A DNA stretch of 64,000 bases from Phycisphaeraceae bacterium (lineage in GTDB: Bacteria > Planctomycetota > Phycisphaerae > Phycisphaerales > Zrk34). How positions within the stretch are numbered: position 1 is the stretch's first letter; each line of letters starts with the position of its first letter. This document shows, piece after piece, positions 56,578-64,000 of the stretch. The stretch is taken from contig JBBDRF010000081.1 in NCBI GenBank assembly GCA_040905565.1, forward strand, positions 1-64,000, given 5' to 3'. The notes under the pieces were generated by a model, which was not told the origin of the DNA, did not search any database, and worked only from the letters and a program-made list of their open reading frames with translations. Both the position numbers and the translations under genes were made by a program.

Positions 56578-56859
56578 ATGTCACACCAAACCAGCGAACC
56601 ACCGAGTGCCCTGCGAGAGTGGCTCCACCTCGCCAGCCGCCCCTCAGTCATACGGCGGGGCCTGATGTACGCCCTCATCGTCGGCACCATCCTCATCACC
56701 ATCAACCACGGCGACGCCATCCTCGAAGGCGACGTCACCGACGCCCGGCTATGGAAGATGGGCCTCACCACAATCGTGCCCTACATGGTCTCGACGCTTT
56801 CGAGCGTCGGCGCGACGCGGAACCAGCTACGCAAGCAGCGCGACGGGATCGCCTCGTGA
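56578..56859 (+). CDS. NrtS-like small membrane protein
   Basis: ALIVGTILITINHGD, K..LT..VPY.VST. Confidence 0.7.
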   Translation: MSHQTSEPPSALREWLHLASRPSVIRRGLMYALIVGTILITINHGDAILEGDVTDARLWKMGLTTIVPYMVSTLSSVGATRNQLRKQRDGIAS

Positions 56860-57728
56860 AGATTTACCAGGTTGACGCCTTCACCGACCGCCCGTTCACC
56901 GGCAACCCCGCCGCCGTCGTGCTGCTGGAGCAGGAGGCCGACGCAGCATGGATGCAGCAAGTCGCAGCAGAGATGAACCTCTCCGAAACCGCCTTCGTCA
57001 CCTTCCCACCCCCCCTACCGCCGCCGGTTTCGCCGCAGCATCACACCAAGCCGCCATACAACACAATCGGGAACAAGGTGGGGGGGCTCAGGTGGTTCAC
57101 GCCGGCCGTTGAAGTGAATTTGTGTGGTCACGCCACGCTGGCCGCCGCTCATGTGCTGTGGGAAGCGGGTTGGCTGGAGAGAACAGAACCCGCACGCTTC
57201 GAAACACGCAGCGGGACGCTGACTGCCAGGCTGCGTGCCGATGGCTGGATTGAGCTGGATTTCCCCGCCGGCCCCGCCGCCGCCCTCGACGCCGACGACG
57301 TGCGTGCCCTCGGTTTCGACGCCCAGACCATGCTCAACTGCGAAGCCGTTCACGTCGGTCGATCCGCCGAAGATTTACTTGTTGAAGTGGCGGACGCACA
57401 GACCGTGCAGACGTTGAAGCCCGATTTCGCCCGGCTGGCCGAGCTTCCCGTCCGAGGCATCGCGGTGACGGCCCCGGCATCAACCGAAACCGAGGCCGAC
57501 TTCGTCTCGCGATTCTTCGCCCCGGCCGTCGGCATCGATGAAGACCCCGTCACCGGCTCAGCCCATTGCATGCTCGGCCCCTGGTGGGCGGATCGGCTGG
57601 GACGGGCGGGCCTCGTCGGCCACCAGCTTTCGCAGCGGGGGGGCACCGTCCGCGTCAACGTCAAAGGCGATCGCGTGGAACTGGCAGGCCGGGCGGTGAC
57701 GGTGTTCGAAGGTGAACTGGCGGTTTGA
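56856..57728 (+). CDS. PhzF family isomerase
   Basis: YQVDAFT..PFTGNPAAV, MNLSETAF, EVNLCGHATLA, EDPVTGSAH; GTGA overlap with the upstream gene. Confidence 0.93.
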   Translation: MKIYQVDAFTDRPFTGNPAAVVLLEQEADAAWMQQVAAEMNLSETAFVTFPPPLPPPVSPQHHTKPPYNTIGNKVGGLRWFTPAVEVNLCGHATLAAAHVLWEAGWLERTEPARFETRSGTLTARLRADGWIELDFPAGPAAALDADDVRALGFDAQTMLNCEAVHVGRSAEDLLVEVADAQTVQTLKPDFARLAELPVRGIAVTAPASTETEADFVSRFFAPAVGIDEDPVTGSAHCMLGPWWADRLGRAGLVGHQLSQRGGTVRVNVKGDRVELAGRAVTVFEGELAV

Positions 57729-57747
57729 CGGGACGACGCGAGCGCAT

Positions 57748-57783
57748 AAAAAAACCGACGGAGAACCGGTGAGGTCCTCCGTC
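57748..57783 (-). terminator. Intrinsic terminator of the outer-membrane protein gene (possibly bidirectional)
   Basis: Stem GACGGAG..CTCCGTC with an A7 run on the + strand. Confidence 0.7.
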
Positions 57784-57819
57784 AGCGAAGAGACGGCTGG
57801 TCTGTTTCACGGCCCGGCT

Positions 57820-58449
57820 TCAGAAGTTGAAGCCGATGCCGACGATGTATAGGATTTGGGCGTCGCTGTCGCCGCCGTCGAAGAGCCAGTGAATCTCCAT
57901 GCGGCCGAAGAGGAACGTGTCGGGCTTGGCGTACCACTTGGCACCACCTTCGACACCAAACGACCCGGTCTCGTCGACGTTGTCGCCGTAGAAGCCGCCG
58001 AGGCTGAGGCCCACGAACGGCCGCAGACGGTCCAGATCGAAGTGGTAGTCGACGGCCCCTCGGGTCGAACCCGCCCATTGCGATTCGCCGAAGTCCACGA
58101 ACTGGATGCCCTGCCGAATTTCCGCCGAGACGTCCCGGGTGAAGTAGTAGCCGAGCGAGACGTCGAGCCCGAACGAACCCTCGTCGAAGTCCTCGTTGTT
58201 GCTGGCGACGCCGGTGAGCGTGAATTCCCAGTCACCGGCCTGCGGCCCCCAGCGGCCGACGCCACCACGGCGCGGGTCTTCAGGGTGACCTTCGAGGAAC
58301 GGACGAACCTCCACCATGGGATCGAGGATCAGTTCATTCGCCTCGGCGTACTCGTCGGCGATCTGCGTCGGCTCGGCTCCAAGAGCCGGCACGCTTGCTC
58401 CGGTCAGCACCGCCGCGATGGTCCAGGTTGCGATCCGCTCAAATCCCAT
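57820..58449 (-). CDS. Outer-membrane beta-barrel protein
   Basis: Signal peptide, alternating aromatic strands, C-terminal YIVGIGFNF. Confidence 0.8.
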   Translation of the reverse strand: MGFERIATWTIAAVLTGASVPALGAEPTQIADEYAEANELILDPMVEVRPFLEGHPEDPRRGGVGRWGPQAGDWEFTLTGVASNNEDFDEGSFGLDVSLGYYFTRDVSAEIRQGIQFVDFGESQWAGSTRGAVDYHFDLDRLRPFVGLSLGGFYGDNVDETGSFGVEGGAKWYAKPDTFLFGRMEIHWLFDGGDSDAQILYIVGIGFNF

Positions 58450-58702
58450 ATCGGTTCCACCCTTCGTTCGAGTCTTAAAAGTCGCGTCTGTCACTCGCGT
58501 TTCTTGCGTGTCCCTCACTGCGAGAAGTATCCCGCGCCCTCGGCTTGGGTCATACCGGGCAGCGTGCCCAACCCACCCCCGGTAAAATGCTTGCCGGTGA
58601 CCCCGGGAGAATCCCCACGCCGACCGGGGCTTATCGTCCACGACCGCCGATACGCGGTATCCTGAAGCTGCCCGATTTGTACCCCTTTTGAAGGAGATGG
58701 CC

Positions 58703-59245
58703 ATGAAAAACCACCTGTTTGCACTTACCCTTGCCGTGCTCGGTTTCGCGCTCACCGCCTGCACCACCACCCCCAACTCACCCGCGGAGCGTCAAAGCCT
58801 GGTCACCTCCGCAGCCGAGACCACCGAGATCTTCCTCCGAAACGATCCCTCCCTGCAGGAGTTGATCGACGATTCCTACGCCTACGCCGTCTTCCCCAGC
58901 ATCGGACGCGGCGGCGCAGGCATCGGCGGCGCCTACGGACGCGGCATCGTCTACGAAAGAGGTCAGCACGTCGGCTACTGCGATGTCACGCAGGCGACGG
59001 TCGGCTTCCAACTCGGCGGGCAGGCGTTCCGCCAACTCATCTTCTTCCGTGACGAGTCCGCACTTCGCCGCTTTAAGCACGATGACCTGCACCTTTCCGC
59101 ACAGGCCACCGCCGTCGCCGCCACCGCCGGCGCCAGCGCCGATGCCGACTACGAACGCGGCGTCATGGTCTTCACCCTCGCACGCGGCGGCCTCATGTAC
59201 GAAGCCTCCATCGGCGGCCAACGCTTCACCTATCAACCCAAATGA
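58703..59245 (+). CDS. YSC84/SYLF-like lipoprotein
   Basis: Lipobox LTAC; AVFP.I..GG.GIGG.YG.G, GFQLGGQ, GGLMYEASIGGQ.F. Confidence 0.85.
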   Translation: MKNHLFALTLAVLGFALTACTTTPNSPAERQSLVTSAAETTEIFLRNDPSLQELIDDSYAYAVFPSIGRGGAGIGGAYGRGIVYERGQHVGYCDVTQATVGFQLGGQAFRQLIFFRDESALRRFKHDDLHLSAQATAVAATAGASADADYERGVMVFTLARGGLMYEASIGGQRFTYQPK

Positions 59246-59344
59246 CACACACCCCGAAGCCCCCCCCCACCTTCCCCCCCAACTTACGGCCATCTGACCT
59301 AATTTCATTAACCTCCCCATCCCTCTCCGCCCGATAACGGAGGT

Positions 59345-62002
59345 ATGGTTTCCTGCGCGCGTTTGCTGATCCCACTACTGGCGTTGATGGGCGTGATGTT
59401 GCCGTTGGCTGCTGCCGTGGCCGACGAATCGGCCGCTCAGCGCCGCATCGTCCACCGCTTCCACTTCAATGAGGAGGAGCTGGGCAACTTCGAGTCGATG
59501 CCGATGAACTGGTTCCGCGTGACGGGCCCCGGCTTCCCGCGCTATACCGACATCGGCTTCGACCAACGCTTCGCCACCGCCGGCGAGACGTCCCTGAAGC
59601 TGCAGCTCAACGGCGGGTCCGCCGCGTTAACGCTCGCTTCGGGCACCATCGCCGTCATGCCCGACGCTCAGTACCTGCTCACCGCGCAGGTCCGCACCGC
59701 CGATGCCGTCCACGCCCGCGCCCGCCTCACTGCCGTCTTTCTCGATCGCCGAAATCAGCCGCTGCTCAACACCCGCACGCGCTCGCCGTTGATCGCCTCG
59801 GACAACCGCTGGACGCCGATACAGTTCGAGCTTCCGCGAACCCCCGAGCAGGCCGCCTGGCTTGTGTTGCGGGTTGAGCTGCTTCAGCCCGCCGAGTTCC
59901 GCACGACCAGCCTCAGTAAGCACGAGGTGGTGGAGCAGGACATCGACGCCGCCGCCTGGTTCGATGACATCACGCTCTATCAGCTTCCCCGCATCGAGCT
60001 GACGACGCAGTCGGCTTCGAACGTGATTCGCCGTCCCAACACGCCCCGCCTGAGCGCGAGCGTGCAGGACCTCACCGGCGACAGCCTCGACGCCCGCCTC
60101 AGCGTTTACGATCAGGCCGGTGATCTGGTCGGCCGCGACCAGCGCACGCTTGACGGCTCCCAGCCGGGCCAGTGGGAGTTCACCCCCGACCTGCCCCGCC
60201 TCGGCTGGTACTGGGCCGAACTGGAAGTCCGCTCCGAAGGCACGCTCATCGGCCACGCACGCACCGCCGTCAGCTATCTGCCCCAGATGACAGGCCGAGG
60301 CTCCAGCGAATCCGACCGCTTCATGATCCTGCTCGAAGGCGTCCCCGGTACCCATCGCCATCTCGTCCCCGACATCATGGCGCAGCTTGGCGACCAGGCG
60401 GTGCTGGTGAACCTTTGGCGGTCGGAGATGACCCAGCGTGATCTCACCAACGCCACCGACAAAGCCGACCCCCTCGTGATGCAGCTGATCAACCAGGGTC
60501 GCTCGGTCGCGCTCTCCCTCGCCGAAGTGCCGCAGGAACTCGCCCTCTCCGTCGGCGTCGATGTCGACAATCCGCTGGCGCTGTTCGCGCAGAACGGTGA
60601 CGCATGGGAGGCGAATCTCATGGCCGTCTTCGCGCTCTACGGGCACCTCGTCGACCAATGGCACATCGGCGGGATCGACAACACGCACGCATTCTTCCGC
60701 GACGATCTGCCACAGGTGCACAATCGCGCCCGCTCGCTTCTGCGTCGCTACGTCGCCGATCCGAAGCTGGCGCTGCCTTGGCGCGCGACCCATGAACTCA
60801 CCCCCCCCAGCCGCGATCTTCACACGCTTCTCATCGACCTGCCCGCCAGCATCCGCCCCGCGCAGATTCCCGACTACCTCGAGAGCTGGACCGATCACCC
60901 CGCACGCAAGACCATCCACCTTCGCCCGATCCCCGCTGCGGATCATGCCCACGCCGACCGCGCGACCGATCTGGCCATGCGGATGATCAACGCCTGGCAG
61001 CATCGCCCCGATCGCCTCGCCCTGTCGCACCCCTGGCGTCACGCGCCCGGCCCGCCCGCTTCGGTCATGCCCGACCCGCTCCTCGGCGTCTGGGTGAATG
61101 TCGCTGAGCAACTCGCCGGCCGCCGCTTCGTCGGCGACATCAACCTCGGCCCCGGCATCAAGGCGCACCTCCTCGACGGGCCAGGCGGCGGCGTCCTCGT
61201 CGCATGGAACGAATCCTCCGGCGACGCCGAAGCGTCACTCGACCTCTACCTCGGCAACGACCCCGTCGCCGTCGATATCTACGGCAACCGCACCGAACTG
61301 CAGCGCGAAGGCGATCGCCAGACGCTGAAGCTCACCCAGTCGCCTCAGTTCATCGAAAACGTCAACATGCAGTTGGCCCGCCTTCGTGCCGGGTTCAACC
61401 TCGACGAACCGTTTATCGATTCCGTCCACTCCCGCCACGAGCGCACCCTGCAACTGGCCAACCCCTGGCCCCGCACCATCTCCGGCCGCATGCGCGTCAC
61501 CGGCCCCGAGCGATGGGACATTCAGCCGCAAATGATCAACTTCTCCATCCCCGCCGGGCAAACGCTGGATATCCCCATCACGCTCACCTTCCCCATCAGC
61601 GAGTTCGCCGGCCCCAAACGCCTCACCGTCGACCTGCAGATCGAAGCCGACCGCAATTATGAACTCGAGCTCGCCGCCCCCATGATGGTCGGCCTTGAGA
61701 ACGTCGAATTCCACGCCACCGCCTCCACCGAAGCGCAGCCCGACGGTGAGCCCGCCGACGCCGTCGTCACCATCGTCGTCACGAACCTCGGCGAGCGCGA
61801 GCAGACCTTCTACGCCTTCGCCATGGCCCCCGAGCACCCCCGCGCCGAACGCATCATCTCCCGCCTCGAGCCCGGCCAGACCATCGTCCGCCGGTTCCGC
61901 TTCCCCGCCGCCGGCCCCGCACTCACCGGCAAGAGCATCCGCGTCGGCCTCCGCCAGGCCGACGGCCCCGCCATGCTCAACGACCTCGTCCAAGTGCCCT
62001 GA
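59345..62002 (+). CDS. Large exported protein (CBM-like, Ig-like and barrel-like modules)
   Basis: Signal peptide; 885-aa ORF with host codon usage; CBM4/9-like AWFDDI, Ig-like C-terminal modules. Confidence 0.75.
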   Translation: MVSCARLLIPLLALMGVMLPLAAAVADESAAQRRIVHRFHFNEEELGNFESMPMNWFRVTGPGFPRYTDIGFDQRFATAGETSLKLQLNGGSAALTLASGTIAVMPDAQYLLTAQVRTADAVHARARLTAVFLDRRNQPLLNTRTRSPLIASDNRWTPIQFELPRTPEQAAWLVLRVELLQPAEFRTTSLSKHEVVEQDIDAAAWFDDITLYQLPRIELTTQSASNVIRRPNTPRLSASVQDLTGDSLDARLSVYDQAGDLVGRDQRTLDGSQPGQWEFTPDLPRLGWYWAELEVRSEGTLIGHARTAVSYLPQMTGRGSSESDRFMILLEGVPGTHRHLVPDIMAQLGDQAVLVNLWRSEMTQRDLTNATDKADPLVMQLINQGRSVALSLAEVPQELALSVGVDVDNPLALFAQNGDAWEANLMAVFALYGHLVDQWHIGGIDNTHAFFRDDLPQVHNRARSLLRRYVADPKLALPWRATHELTPPSRDLHTLLIDLPASIRPAQIPDYLESWTDHPARKTIHLRPIPAADHAHADRATDLAMRMINAWQHRPDRLALSHPWRHAPGPPASVMPDPLLGVWVNVAEQLAGRRFVGDINLGPGIKAHLLDGPGGGVLVAWNESSGDAEASLDLYLGNDPVAVDIYGNRTELQREGDRQTLKLTQSPQFIENVNMQLARLRAGFNLDEPFIDSVHSRHERTLQLANPWPRTISGRMRVTGPERWDIQPQMINFSIPAGQTLDIPITLTFPISEFAGPKRLTVDLQIEADRNYELELAAPMMVGLENVEFHATASTEAQPDGEPADAVVTIVVTNLGEREQTFYAFAMAPEHPRAERIISRLEPGQTIVRRFRFPAAGPALTGKSIRVGLRQADGPAMLNDLVQVP

Positions 62003-62013
62003 GCCATTCCCAC

Positions 62014-62173
62014 GAGCCGCGACCGTCAGGGAGCGGTCGGCTCAACGCCAGCCTGACACTGGGTGGTACGATCGGCCAACCTTCTCTGCACCAAAACCCG
62101 TACGCGCGCCTCGATCGATCGTTTCAACGAATGCACCCAGCGCCCGCCGACCACTTACTGACGTGCGTGGCTC
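62014..62173. repeat. REPIN/MITE-like doublet, family C
   Basis: GAGCCGCGACCGTCAGGGAGCGG ... CCACTTACTGACGTGCGTGGCTC. Confidence 0.85.
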
Positions 62174-62268
62174 AAAATCCCCCCAGAATTTTACGGTTGG
62201 TCCGGCGTATGCTAATTTGGCGAGACGGGGTGTTTGTAATCAATTAGAACCTATAGCGAGTAGAGATC

Positions 62269-64000
<1,732 letters not shown>

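Noticed and set aside
56856..57728. Phenazine biosynthesis cluster (PhzF near a chorismate-binding gene)
   Set aside because: No phzA/B, phzD or phzG; the chorismate enzyme has the PabB-type PIKGT motif and no fused glutaminase; PhzF-like proteins are widespread.

Overview
High-GC (~65-70%) bacterial chromosomal window. The gene set (PVC-type heme-binding CxxCH protein, AroD-AroE fusion, very long SecA, PQQ-propeller protein, dispersed operons) points to a planctomycete, probably Phycisphaerae; this is inference. It is mostly housekeeping and envelope genes: asd, rimO, aroDE, sucD, ruvX, rsmE, lptFG, secA, mlaFD, ligA, truD, lpxD, sodA, ppdK, a pabB-like gene and the 5' part of acnA. No rRNA, tRNA, CRISPR array or transposase was seen. 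Items worth follow-up: (1) a small stand-alone protein fusing an RNA polymerase alpha-CTD to a primary-sigma region 4 (51087-51638), whose own upstream region has a perfect TTGACA; (2) a mosaic 1052-aa ligA with a diverged tandem duplication of NAD-binding subdomain Ia, three large insertions and a lower-GC 3' part, followed by a DEDDh exonuclease that appears to carry the original LigA BRCT tail; (3) a signal-peptide uORF ending in LPPP just upstream of secA, a SecM-like arrest-peptide candidate; (4) a four-gene glycan cluster (30.2-34.9 kb) with open frames but substituted catalytic motifs; (5) several families of REP/REPIN-like intergenic palindromes; (6) a general-stress cluster that includes a 59-aa membrane protein missing from the ORF track. 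All family calls come from motif recognition by eye; no searches were run.
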